Shown here: positions 36,111 through 48,719 of the stretch, piece after piece
Numbering within the stretch: the first letter of the stretch is position 1
Layout of the letters: each line of letters opens with the position of its first letter
From: Octopus sinensis
Lineage: Eukaryota
Reading direction: 5' to 3'
NCBI RefSeq assembly: GCF_006345805.1
Contig: NC_042999.1
Location: 138,012,001 to 138,076,000 of the forward strand
DNA length: 64,000 nt
The notes under the pieces: model-generated
Told to the model about the DNA's origin: nothing
Databases searched by the model: none
What the model saw: only the letters and a program-made list of their open reading frames with translations
Translations under genes and position numbers: made by a program

Positions 36111-36664
36111 TACGATACTATATGAGGTTTTTTTGTTGGTTGTAATTAAGTGTCCAACGACAATTAAACCCCATGTTTTCATCCAGTGATAAGTCCCAAA
36201 ATAACAACTATGCACATACTATAGACATTTGTGAAATTTCAGTGGTCTCACTACTATTTTTAATGTAAAGGACAAATGCAATGCCCATTCCATTCATATA
36301 ATCATTCTTCACAATAGTATTGGAAAAGTTAAAAAGAATTCAAAACCATCGTAATTTTATAAAATAGGACAATTTGTCCTCCCTTCTTTCAATCTTCACA
36401 ACGGTGCAATGAAAAACGGTATTATTTTTCTACAATTAATTACAGCTAACAAAACCTAATTGTTCTGATTTCCTGTTTTGGTGACACTTTTAATTGATGG
36501 GTTAAATCGTGCAACGACAGATTAATCCTACCTCTCAGGGATGGACCAACTGCTCATTGACCAGGAAATCAAATATATTACTACCGTTTTGTATGGTTTC
36601 TAGAGAGAACACTTAATTCGACATTATCACATTTCACTGTGATAGAACCATATCCAATAATTTT

Positions 36665-37080
36665 GGCATAAGGCCAGCAACTTGGGGGGAGGGGATAAGT
36701 CGATTACGTTGACCCTAGTGCTCAACTGGTATTTATTTTATCGACCCTGTAAGGATGAAAGGAAAAGTCAATCCCGGTGGTGTTTGAACTCAGAACGTAA
36801 AGTCGCAAGAAATGCCCGCAAGCATTTGTTTCCGGCGCGGTAAAGATTCTGCCAGTTCGCTGCCTTCCTTTTACCTTTAATTTTAATGGTGAGTAAGGCG
36901 AAGAGGAGGCAGAATCTTTAACGCGCCGGGCTAAATGCTTAGCGGTGTTTCGTTCGTCTTTACGTTCTTAGCTCAAATCCAGCCGAGGTCGACTTTGTCT
37001 TTTATCTTTTCGGAGTCGAGAAAAGTACCAGTTGAATACTGGAGTCAATGTAATCGACTTACCCCCTCCCCTGTAATTGC
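36665..37080. mobile_element. Head-to-head inverted pair of SINE family B copies (36665-36865 minus, 36893-37080 plus)
   Basis: Family B cores on opposite strands. Confidence 0.7.
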
Positions 37081-37986
37081 TGTCCATGAAATCGATATTA
37101 ATGGTGAGTGGTTGTTTAAAGAGGTAAAAAAGAAACAATAGTACGTTGGATGAAATATTTAACAGTATTTCCTATATGTGATTCTGCTGTTTGAAATCAA
37201 TCCACACCTTGGAAGAAAAAAATGGGTGCCACTTATATAATGAGGATGTTTGCATTTGTTAATCCTTAAATTACATATTATATAGGTGAGTCAATAAAGA
37301 ATTTCTATACGCTCCCTTGATCTACAAACAGCAGCCAAATCTCCCCCAAATCACACTTCACTGTTTTAAAAACATTTTTTTTTTATATTTACCTAACTTA
37401 CCAATTCAACATTTCGATTTTCTCCCTCCATCTTAGAAATAATTCTTGTATATAGCACATTTTACTTCACAACATTTAAAGCCTTAATTCAATGCTAGAA
37501 TCTTTAAAATTAACTTTGAGGAAATTACAGCTAACTAAAGCAGCGTGAATGAAGATAAAGAATTTTTCCAGCTTACAATCAATTCCCTTACTGACAAATT
37601 TTTCCCAAGTATTGTTGTTCTATAAAAAGAAGGATGGTTTTATCTGAAAGTGCCTTTTATTATATGCTTGCTCAATCAAGGCCGACGAGGTAAATAACAT
37701 ACAGGTTACGGAGTAAATCGCATTTTCACTGACTGTTGTTACTAAGGAGAATAAACACCATTGCTTTATTGTCTGTTGCACTTGATGAATAAATTTGGAA
37801 TCCGATGTACTGACACACCCTTGTTATTTAGACAAATGGAGACAGACAATTTATATATAGAGATGAAAGAACAAATAAATAAGTAGACACACACATTTTT
37901 TACTGACAAGTAAAAGAACAGCAGACAATGGATTCTATTTTCTCGCTGGTTCTACCTACGCAAATGTATATACTACATAAGAACGT

Positions 37987-38064
<78 letters not shown>

Positions 38065-38581
38065 TCTCTTATGCAATTACAAACGTACTTGTGTATGCAT
38101 GTATGTATGTACGTATGTATGTGTGTGTATGTATGTATGTATGTATGTATATATGTATGTAAATATGGTTACTCTTCTCAACTGGAAGTTTAGAACTGAT
38201 TTTGATAAAGTTATAAAGGATAGAAACTTTTTAAAAAAGAAATAAGTGAAAACTTGTTCTCTTTGTCATCATATACGCAACAACTGACACCCATAGCAGA
38301 GCATTATATTACTCTATGGTCCCAAAATAAGAATACTGGGTCAATTGTGTTTTAAATTGGGTGAACCCTTTATTTTTATGTTCCACCTATATTCTTTTGA
38401 TCCATCAATATCAATATGCCCATTGTTATTTGTTATCGTATTTTGTTTTCTCAGTCTATTCCTAATTACATTGGTTGCCGCATCATACCCTATGGAAAAG
38501 TAGTATCTAGAGGATATTCTTTCACAGTTGGAATTATGTGACTAATGTCTTGGGTTTTGCATATTCTACATTTGTTGTCAG

Positions 38582-38768
38582 ATGTATGTATGTATGTATG
38601 TATGTATGTATGTATGTATGTATGTATGTATGTATGTATGTATGTATGTATGTAGGTATGTATGTATGTAGGTATGTATGTATGTAGGTATGTATGTATG
38701 CATGCATGCATGTATGTATGTATGTATGTATGTATGTATGTATGTATGTATGTATGTATGTATGTATG
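38582..38768. repeat. (TATG)n tetranucleotide array. Similar arrays at 55080-55305, 55783-55940 and 57400-57565
   Basis: Direct reading. Confidence 0.95.
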
Positions 38769-38949
38769 TGTGTATTACAGAACAACATTACAGACATGCA
38801 CATCTAGAATATTTTGGTAACCCAATTTTCTTACTGTAGTTCTACTTTAAGTTCTTATTGATAGATAGTTCGGTGGAATATGTAGTTATAGTAAGTACTG
38901 TAGTATTGGCTTGGAACCTTAGCAAAACACAGTGGCTCTGAATCAAACA

Positions 38950-40150
38950 CATTCTTATAATCTAAGCAAGCAATTATTAGATTTCGGCGATGCTACCTCT
39001 CTTTCTTAAGGATAACTTTCTTGATGGGAAGTTGTTCCATACTACTGAGACTCTTTTCTAATCTACCTGCTTACCAGTCTTCACATTGTTTGTTTCACAA
39101 CGATCTTGCTAAAACACATTCAAGCAACCTGAGCGCAGTTTATGCATAACATTTAAGCATGCTATGGGCTCGTATATTTTAGCCCTAAGTTTCTTTTGGT
39201 CTTAGGTGGAAGTGTTCGTGCAACTGTTAATCAGGTTGTCATACTAAGTTCGACTTCTGTTGTTCTTTTGGATAGATTGACGAGAGATTCATTATAGAAT
39301 ATGAATTTCCTATAACCATAACCAGACCTCTCCTCAGTGATTTTCCATTTGGTAATTTTGCAACAACCGTCAGGGAAATTTCACTGGCGATATTTTAAAT
39401 TTTCAGAAATATGTTTGCACTGTGTTAACTCCATAGCTTAATTAACTATATTGCTCCATAGTTGCGCTGTTTATTTATATTACAGATTCCTCTCCCAATG
39501 ACTCTAGATAATCCCGAGTAGGTGCCTTTATATCATAACGGTGTCAACTTTCATACTGTGACACACACTTCGTCGGCTAAAAGCAAACTTAGGTCTGGTC
39601 GGTAAGCGCTACCTTTGGGTTAAATAACAACAATATAATAGAACTAGCAACGCTAAAATTTCTGAACACCTCTAACCCTTCTGTATTGGTTCCTTCTTTA
39701 CACCCTCCTAAAAAGCCCAACAAAACAATAAATAAAAACAAACTTTATGATTGAATACTGCATTAAAGGGAATACATTTGAATTTGAGAATAAATTTATC
39801 CTTGAACACTGATTTATTGACCTTTTACTGAGTTTAAATAAAGGCCGGCTCACTGTTTTGTGAGTATTAGAGGGTTACATAAGCCCAGATTGAAAACCTG
39901 GGGTAGATACCTTAAGAGAGTTGGTTTAGTTAGTTGTTTTTCAGCATTCTCTGCCGTTCAACAAGTGTCATAGGACGTGTACTGCGCTACTTTTAACTGC
40001 AATAACGAAGGGAATCTAGACAACATGGTTGTACATAATTATGCCACTCCCAGGTACGTGACAAGAGACAGGCCACACCAGTATCACAATCTGTTGTCAA
40101 ACCTAGACTAAAGAAGTCCTATGTACTTCGCATACGGGACTCAAATCAGT
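38950..40150 (-). mobile_element. Highly decayed CR1/L2-type LINE remnant
   Basis: Scattered minus-strand peptides YLGV (about 40055) and RVSVVWNNFP (about 39040) in the expected order. Confidence 0.35.
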
Positions 40151-40650
40151 TAGATGAAGTGGGGCAGTGTACGTAGCTTTTAAACACCCTCTGATATAAA
40201 TATGGTCAATGTGGTTGATGATTGCAGCAAAATTCATAGCAGGAGGGATTCTGTGGGCGGGGAAGGGGAAGGGGTTTTAGGGGTAAGATAGCGGGGAGGG
40301 GATCCTATGTGGTGCATCCTGTCTCAATGATAAAAAGACTTCCTTTAATTCTAAACACGCTTTCTGTTGAATTCAATAAACAGAATTTTAGTGAAAAAAT
40401 CCATAGGCCAAGGATTATCGAAGACACTCCAGATTTAGAACCCTTATCCTGGTCTCTCGGGCTTCCTGAAAGTTTTAAATACTGATTGACTTTATGTAAA
40501 ATAGCATGGTATATCATGTTATATAGCATGTTATATATAGTATGTTATATCTCTCATCCTATTTTTCTTCGTATGTTTAAATTATGTTAAAAAAAATCGG
40601 TCGTGCATGTGTGTTTCACATGTGTCCTCTAAACACCAGAACCAGGGAAA

Positions 40651-40700
<50 letters not shown>

Positions 40701-41767
40701 CAGACAGAGAGAAAGAGAGAGAGAGAAAGAGAGAGAGAAAGTGAAAGAGAGAGAAGAACAAGCGTATAAAATGTGTTAGAGTTACTTTTGAAATGAATAA
40801 CACTCGTACACATACTTACATACACACTCAAACAGAAATATACGTACACGCATAGAAACAGATGTATATGCGTACACATTCATGTGCACGCACACACATA
40901 TTCATATACACAAAATAAACACAGACACATACGTGTTCACGTACATGTACATGTACATGCACGAAAACATTTCTCCCCACACGTACAAACAGAAAGAAAA
41001 AGAAGAAAGAAGCCAACAAAGAAATAGAATCATACACGAATGTTCGCCTCCATGCACATATATACTGATATGTACATACACACATAAGAAGGCATACACA
41101 TCCACAGCGCATAAAAGAAATATACGCATAGCAATGTATACATGCTCTACACACACTCTCTCTCTCTCTCAAACACTCAAAGAAAGAAAGAAAGAGAAAG
41201 AAAGAGAGTGAGTGAGAGAGAGAGAGAGAGAAAGAGAGAGAAAGAGAGAGAAGAGAGATTAGTGGTTGGGCGGTTTCTGCCAATTTTAAGCACGGTAATG
41301 AGATTCATTCCTATACTGGCTTATAAAATATATTTCCGCTGTTCCCCCGTTTCGCATTATGAAAATTACTGTAACACTACACTTGCGTCAACTCTAGGAA
41401 ACAAACCACTGTCCTACATCCAAAATTATTTGGAGAGAGAGCGAGAGAGAGAGAAAGAGAGAGAAAGAGAAGACAGAAAGTGTAACTGAACAAGTCATTA
41501 GCAGTATTTTGGCATTAAAATGAAAACGAGCGATGAGTTGTTAGAATGATAGAATGCTTGAATAATTGCTAAAAGGCAATTATTGTTGCTGCTGTTGTTG
41601 CTGTTTAGCCCAAGGTCGATTTTGATTGAGAACGTGACGTATCCATCCCCCCTTTTGTATATCTAGAACAACCTTGTCTAATGTGATGCAATATGAACTG
41701 AAGATGTTGTTGTTTAACCTCAGGCTGGCTCTATTGAACAATCTTATGATCACAAACTTTCTAACCA

Positions 41768-41822
41768 TGGCCATTTCGCCCTGGCCATTTCGCCCTGGCC
41801 ATTTCGCCCTGGCCATTTCACC
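41768..41822. repeat. 14-bp tandem array (TGGCCATTTCGCCC) of about 3.9 units
   Basis: Direct reading. Confidence 0.95.
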
Positions 41823-42600
41823 TTTTAATTAGGCTTATTTAGTGTAGTACAACATTACCCAATGTGTTCTCATTTTTTTGAAGATGGTACACGGAGATTG
41901 GATACTATTTCTAATTGGTAGAGCCGCCGTGTAGAAGTCCCTTGTTGACACGTTGAATTGTAGTTTCGTTGGATGATCATTCAGCGGCCTTTTGTTAAGG
42001 TTGTAGATGCCCAACATTAAAAAAACAAAAAAAAAAAACCTTAAACATTTCGAATCTGAGAAATTCAGTGACGTTCAGCGTCAGAATAAGAGCCCAACAC
42101 GAAACGACAGAACTCAATTTTCTCCATAACACATGAACTATATAAACAATGTTAAGAATTGTATAAATTGTTGAGACTAATTTTCATACTCAGAGTACGT
42201 AAAATGCTTTTTAATACTCTCAGAATATGTAAATCACTTTTTGATACTCTCAATATTCTTACTCTTGATTAGAGTACGAAGTAAGTTCCTAGTGAACCAA
42301 AATTACGTATGTATGTCTGTTTCAATCCGGCATAGATAGGATTTTCCCCCACCCCACCTCATCGCATCGAGGACTTTTTGAGAACATCGATTGTAGTGTT
42401 GATTTACCAGGACTTTGCTTTTCTATCCACAAACTCAATTAAAAATAACCCCAATTAAAACAATATTGGTTTAAAATCCGGTATACGTAATTATACAGTA
42501 TATCAAATAATCATCTATATGCTTTAATGAATGTATACACATTATCGACTGGAAAGTTACTGCAGTATTTGTCCTAAGAAACATTAAGGTTAAAACGTAC

Positions 42601-42641
42601 CTGGTACTCTCGCTGGGTGCTGCTGGGACGAATTTCTGACT
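42601..42641 (-). other. Candidate 41-nt internal exon
   Basis: Acceptor ..AAATATCAG and strong donor CAG|GTACGT. GC-richer than the flanks and open in all three frames. No homology support. Confidence 0.25.
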
Positions 42642-43542
42642 CTGATATTTAGTGTGTTTTTAACACAGCATGTTCAAATCTTAGGACAAACATGCAGTCA
42701 GTGTTTATACATAAGTATGATACATAAATGGCTATTTTAATATTGGTTACTTTTCGAGTAAACATAAAAAGTCTTCTAGGAAAGGGCAAACCCCTGTTTC
42801 TCACTCTTCTAAGCCATTGTGCCTTGGGGGCTTTGTCGAAAAGAAACTAATATTGCTTCAAATTTGGCTATAAGTAGAAAGCAAATCCTTATGAATGAAC
42901 ACCACGATTCAGTTTAGATTCTGACTTGATAGAAGATCCTCTTATTATTTTTGCTTCATTTACACCCTAATGTCTTACGAAAGGTATGGACATTACAGTC
43001 TCCCATTTTTGTTATCTACAAAATATAGGATTTAGTCCTTTGTATATTAGTAAAATTTTTCAGAGACTCACAAGTCTTGAGAGAAATTTCATCTCAAACA
43101 GAAACCATAGTATCATGATTCTTAACGTTAAGTATGATAAATAGAGAGCTATTTCAATTTAATGCAGCTTCAATTACCTAAATCAAGTTTTTATTCAGCC
43201 TGGCAGTTATTCATAATATCAGTGGATGTATGATACATTGTTTTCTGTATATCAGAATGGCTGCGACTACTTATCATTAACAGAATCTTAAATGTATCTA
43301 GCATTTTCGTGTATCATTGCCGGAATGATTTTTCATCACGCTCCGATATATATTGGGATTTTTAACACATCAAGTCTATGAAGAAATTTTATCTCTAACG
43401 AAAACCAAAGAATCTTCCTTTTTGTGCGGTTCCTTGACGGTGTATAAATAGCAGCCAAATATCCTTCAAATCTTATTCTACTATTTGAAACATTGGAAGC
43501 ATATATTAAACAATGTAGCACAAAATATAGTGTGTCTAGAAT

Positions 43543-43818
43543 CAGTGGTTCTCAACCATTTTTTGCCTGTGGATCCCTTTGATTGCTATTTCATTCTACT
43601 GGATCCTCATAACCATTCAGTATTTTAAAAAATCCTATTACATTTTGTATTTAAATTGTATTTGTATTATATTTTGTATTTAAAAAAAAACGTTAAAATA
43701 TTTTGCTTATTGTTGAAGCATAACCAATTTATTGCACATAGACTTTAACAACAAAATCTTACGTAGCCCGTCCCCCGCTTCCCACAAGGGCCACATGGAT
43801 CCCGGTTGAGAACCAGTG
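43543..43818 (+). mobile_element. hAT-Charlie-type MITE
   Basis: TIR CAGTGGTTCTCAACC / GGTTGAGAACCAGTG (one mismatch). Flanks GTCTAGAA(T) and GTCTAGAT match the known Charlie NTCTAGAN target preference. Confidence 0.85.
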
Positions 43819-44347
43819 GTCTAGATAAATAAATATGGCATAGTAATGGCTGAAACGTCTTTGATCATTTGCTTGTTGAGCAAAAGTAGAGCTTGAGAGA
43901 AACAACATCAACACTAAACATTTTCGGGATCTCTGGACCTGCTAAAAGTAGCAGTCAAATTGCTCCAGAATCACTCTTCTCCTGTCTCAAATCAGGAACG
44001 ACACTTTGAACAGTGTAGTTCAGTGAATCTTAAACCTTCTTTTTTGTATCGCCTTCTTTTAAGTAGTTATGTCTATCGCCTACCTAAGTTGCGAGTGAGG
44101 TATCACGACTAAACCGACTTCATGTGGATGATAATTTACAAATGTTACTCTAAAAATGGATTGTATAAGATTTTAACAGTGAAATATTAAAAAAATTGAT
44201 AAAGACAAAAGTTGTAAATTTACTTTATACATTGCAGCTTAAGGACTTCTCTGATGAGATCTTATTTTATTTTAATAACAATTACTAGCTTTATCATGTA
44301 TAATATAATTTCTACTATAGATAAAATTTAGTATATTGTTATCTCAC

Positions 44348-44453
44348 CGCGTCCCTCACCACCACTAAAGCTTAACACCCCTTTCGATATGACCATCGCC
44401 TCTTCGACATGCCAAATACCTCCTTGGGGCGGTAGCGCCCAGGCCGAGAACCT
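44348..44453 (-). other. Candidate 106-nt exon
   Basis: Acceptor TTCTATCTTTTTTACAG and donor GCG|GTGAGA around a GC-rich island. One frame is fully open (RFSAWALPPQGGIWHVEEAMVISKGVLSFSGGEGR). No homology support. Confidence 0.3.
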
Positions 44454-45715
44454 CTGTAAAAAAGATAGAACAGTCATGGCTGTAATAATCCGATCACCAG
44501 TTTAATACAACCACCTGGTTCTTGGGTGCCTTTAGAAAAGTCGATTTGTTGAAAGCATTCGAATTACTGAGGATAACTTCCTTCCTCCTCCTACCACTCT
44601 TGCAAGCCCTAGAAAGACTCAAGAGCACTATCTACCTCCTAATCAAGCAATAAAAATGCGTTTGATCAAAGTTTTGCTGTACAGGACTCACCTAAACAAC
44701 GTGAAGATAGGCGTACATGCAGTAATGTATATTTCCTATTGATTGGTGACTGAATAAATTAGCAGCTAAATATTTTCCAAAGTCAAGAAATCACAATATA
44801 ATAAACCAGTAAAACCAGTTTCAATAAAGAGCAAACTGGGTATTGTTTAGGGGTTTACGTCACACGGGCGAGAATAAAATAATGGCTAGAATAACTGTGG
44901 TTATATTTAGCACACACAACTGGGAAACACGAATTTTTTTTTACCGAGAAAAAATAAAGATACAAACGAAAAAAGAAATAAATAAGTCAATTTAAATAAA
45001 TAAAAAATCTTAGTATTGAAAAATTTCTCGTGATATATATACTCTTAGGAAATTACAAGGCTGAGTTCATAGATATGAAATGACTATAACTGGTTGAAAA
45101 TTTTTTCGTTTTATTTCCTAAATACCGTTAGAAATGTGGATCTCGACGAATTTTGATGGTAAAATAAGGTAATAATATTTCTACAGCTTATGGTTTGAAG
45201 ATATAGGTTAAATACAAAACTATACATGGAAAATTTTAGATACCCATTTGTAACATTGAGGTTAAGTTTATATGAATGTATTTTTGAAAGTGTACATTGA
45301 TAAACTAATTAGATAATTTATGTTGTAGAAATGTTATGGGGAATGTATATAGAAATTTTTCGATTGTTTCAATGGTATAATTATTTCAATGGAATAATTT
45401 ATGTTGGAAATTTTTTATGTGTTTTAACAGGAAACTGGCAATCGGTAGAAAGAAAAGTGAAGAAAAAAACGAGGGTGGTAATAGTCATAGCAGGCACGCC
45501 TTTGATGAAAGGACTTCTCTATTAAGGATGGTCTAGGGCTAAACGACAGCAAGAAAGTGTTTTTTTTTAAAATCAAAATGCTTGTTTAAAAAAATAAAAG
45601 GAACTTAATCTTTCCTGCAATATTAAGGATTCCAGTTTATGCAGCGTTCTGCGAGTTAGAAACAATTTTTTTCATGGATAGAAGACCAGTGTTTTAGAGT
45701 TAATTGCTCTCTCTC

Positions 45716-46115
45716 TCTACTCTTTTACTTGTTTCAGTCATTTGACTGTAGCCATGCTGGAGCACCGCCTTTAGTCGATCAAATCGACCCCAGGACTTAT
45801 TCTTTGTAAGCCTAGTACTTATTCCATCGGTCTCTTTTGCCGAACCGCTTAGTGACGGTGACGTAAACACACCAGCATCAGTTGTCAAGCGATGTTGGGG
45901 GACAAACACAGACACACAAACACACACACACACACATATATATACACATATACAACGGGCTTTTAGTTTTTCCGTCTACCAAATCCACTCACAAAGCTTT
46001 GATCGACCCGAAGCTATAGTAGAAGACACTTGCTCAAAGTGCAACGCAGTGGGACTGAACCCGGAACCATATGGTTGGTAAACAAGCTACTTACTACACA
46101 GCCACTCCCACGCCT
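45716..46115 (-). mobile_element. SINE family A, full length
   Basis: Same structure as 33232-33654. Confidence 0.9.
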
Positions 46116-46361
46116 ATACTGTTAACTTTACTGCTGTTAACTTTACTGAAATTACCTGGTGATTAATTTCTTCAGTTAGAAAAATTGACAGTTGTCATAT
46201 TCGGAAATGTTTTGGACTCATTATTTATGACTATAAATGACTGGGCCAATCAATTGGATGTAAGAATAGTCTGTTTCGCCGATTGTTCATACACCCAAAA
46301 TATTTGTTCTAAATCATTATTTTACATATTAGGAGAGCAATGAATGACAGAGTGGGCAGAG

Positions 46362-46490
46362 CGTCGGAAAAAGCGCATTATGTCTTATAGTTTTCCGACC
46401 AAAGTCGACTTGATATTTCATCTTTCTGGAATCGATAGACTAAGGATAAGTCAAGTACTGAGGACAGAAAATCTGTTCCTTCTTCCAAAA
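46362..46490 (+). mobile_element. Diverged SINE family B fragment
   Basis: AAAGTCGACTTGATATTTCATCTTTCTGGAATCGATA. Confidence 0.5.
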
Positions 46491-46516
46491 TGTCTAACTT
46501 ATGCTAGAAATTATTA

Positions 46517-46579
<63 letters not shown>

Positions 46580-46596
46580 TATTATTATCATTATTA

Positions 46597-46660
<64 letters not shown>

Positions 46661-46689
46661 TATTTTCTTTTTATCAGGTTTTGTTTGAA

Positions 46690-46835
46690 CTTCCAGAGTC
46701 TTGCATGCATAGCGAGATTACTACCTGCAGCCTACTGTTCCATGCTATTCATTCTTTTCAGCTATCTAATACTTTCCTGATTATTCTGGCCGTGCCAGGG
46801 AAACAAACCTTTTGTTACAGTTCTACTCAGCACTC
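46690..46835 (-). mobile_element. R4/Dong-type LINE extreme 3' end inside (ATT)n arrays
   Basis: Minus-strand ...CTGGCACGGCCAGAATAATCAGGAAAGTATTAGATAGCTGA (GTARIIRKVLDS*) plus 3' UTR. Flanked by ATT repeats. Confidence 0.6.
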
Positions 46836-46869
46836 CAATTTCCTTTATTATTATTATTATTATTATTGA

Positions 46870-47477
46870 GTGAGAGAGCAGTGCATGCCATCAAAGTGAC
46901 ACTGGGGTAAAATATACGAAGCCCAATATACCCATCATGACTACCCGTCTGATAAAGGTACATCAGGCACATGCATCACAACCATATGTGCGCGACATGG
47001 TGATCTCATATCAAGATAAACAGCACATGACCTTGCAAGTGGGGCCCAGTTAGAATTTTCTTCAGGTTGAGTAGCCCATCCCGCTCAAAAGGTCCCTGAA
47101 TAAGGATTGTTTAGGATGTTGAAAGAACCACCCATGTTTCCAGAGGTGAATTATTCAAACCCCAAAGAATCCCTCTCAACACATGGCTATGATGCTCCCC
47201 CACTACTTCTGCTCGTGATCAGAGATGCACATATCGTCAGCTACTAAGGGACATGCTCAACTGGTTAAGGTCAAACAACTAACAAGCAAATCTGTGGTAT
47301 TGAGCAGAATATTTGCTGTAGCCCATCTTTTATACCAAGACAAAACAATGTACATGATAACACTTCCAGTCAGTTAAGATCAGAAGCCATGAGAGCCACT
47401 GCCTGGTACTGCATCAGGGCATAGTACTGCATCAGGGCATATTACTGCATCAGGGCATGGTACTGCATCAAGGCATT
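46870..47477. repeat. About 610-bp interspersed element between (ATT)n arrays, class not determined. Right end carries four tandem 18-mers (47406-47477)
   Basis: Complex GC-balanced block bounded on both sides by ATT repeats. 18-nt unit GTACTGCATCAGGGCATR repeated four times. Confidence 0.6.
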
Positions 47478-47479
47478 TT

Positions 47480-47870
47480 ATTATTATTATTATTATATAT
47501 TTCAATTCTGTTTCCATTTCTTGCCGAGTATTTTCCTGACACCTAGGGCAGAGAAACATACTGTATATATTGCTAGGCCATTAATATAAATACACCAGAT
47601 TGTTAATGTACAAAGTCATGTGATAGAGAAAAAGGGGGAGACAAAGAGAAAAGGAAAAATAGAAAATAAAAAGTAAACAAATAAAATAAAGGTGGGTGGG
47701 GAGAAAGTTCACAGCGACAATGCTCTTCACAATACGTGTGACGTACCAGTCAAGACAATCTTTTGCACTTCTTGCATGGATGGTAAGCCACGGATCATTC
47801 TTAAATAATTTCCAGTTCCTTTTTTGATCATTCCGAGTGCTCCTACAGTCACTGGTATTATAAACGTCTT
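47480..47870 (-). mobile_element. R4/Dong-type LINE 3' fragment (subfamily b)
   Basis: MWHLKTFIIPVTVGALGMIKK...MQEVQKIVLTGTSHVL is an RLE C-terminus, with a 3' UTR ending in an AAT tail. Confidence 0.75.
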
Positions 47871-48479
47871 GAGATGCCACATCTTTTGTAAGAATTCTGC
47901 CGGGTACTCTATTCCAATTTCCTTTATATTCCTCTTGATGCCTTCTGATACTATCCCCAAGAACCCAACAATAATTGGCACTATCTTCACCTTCTTCATT
48001 TTCCATAGCTGGGCTATTTCGTACTTAAGAGGGTTGTATCTACCTATTTATCTTTTCGTCTACCTTCTTGACTATTCGTGGGTCAAAGGAGCATGCAACA
48101 TCAACTATATAACATATGTGGTGCACCTTGTCCACCACCACTAGGCCCGGTCTGTTATGCTCTAGTACCTGATCTATTTGGATTGGGGAATCTCATAGGA
48201 TTTTGCTAGGCTCCGACTCTGCCTCTCACAGCAGTTTGTGCTCATACCACATCTTGCCTCTTTCTAGCACCAACTTTTCGCACAGTTTCCAATGTAGCAC
48301 CTTCACCACCTGGTCGTGACTCCAGAACTTGTAGTGGTTTTGGGCATTCGTTCGTGATATGGTCAATGGTTTCATCCACTCTATTGCAGATGCTGCACAG
48401 TGGAGACCCTTGCTCATTCCTAAAGTTGACGTTCCAGTTTGTGGCCAAAGTCTAGTCTTGCGCTGCCAGTATAGTGCTC

Positions 48480-48480
<1 letters not shown>
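47871..48480 (-). mobile_element. R4/Dong-type LINE fragment (subfamily a; CCHC finger plus RLE)
   Basis: CSICNRVDETIDHITNECPK, HDQVVKVLHWKLC, KIL*DSPIQIDQVLEHNRPG, IVDVACSFD and WKMKKVKIVPIIVG, with frameshifts. 5' junction is in (AAT)n. Confidence 0.8.
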
Positions 48481-48536
<56 letters not shown>

Positions 48537-48549
48537 GATCATTATTATT

Positions 48550-48634
<85 letters not shown>

Positions 48635-48719
48635 GTTGAACGATATTTCAACAGTACGTCTGTCTTTGTCAAGTTCAAAATAAGAAGTGATAAAAATTCA
48701 AAATTGTAGAAATTTAAAC

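Noticed and set aside
40325-40482. Short plus-strand ORF MIKRLPLILN..ESFKY
   Set aside because: It has no splice signals, homology or motif to distinguish it from chance.
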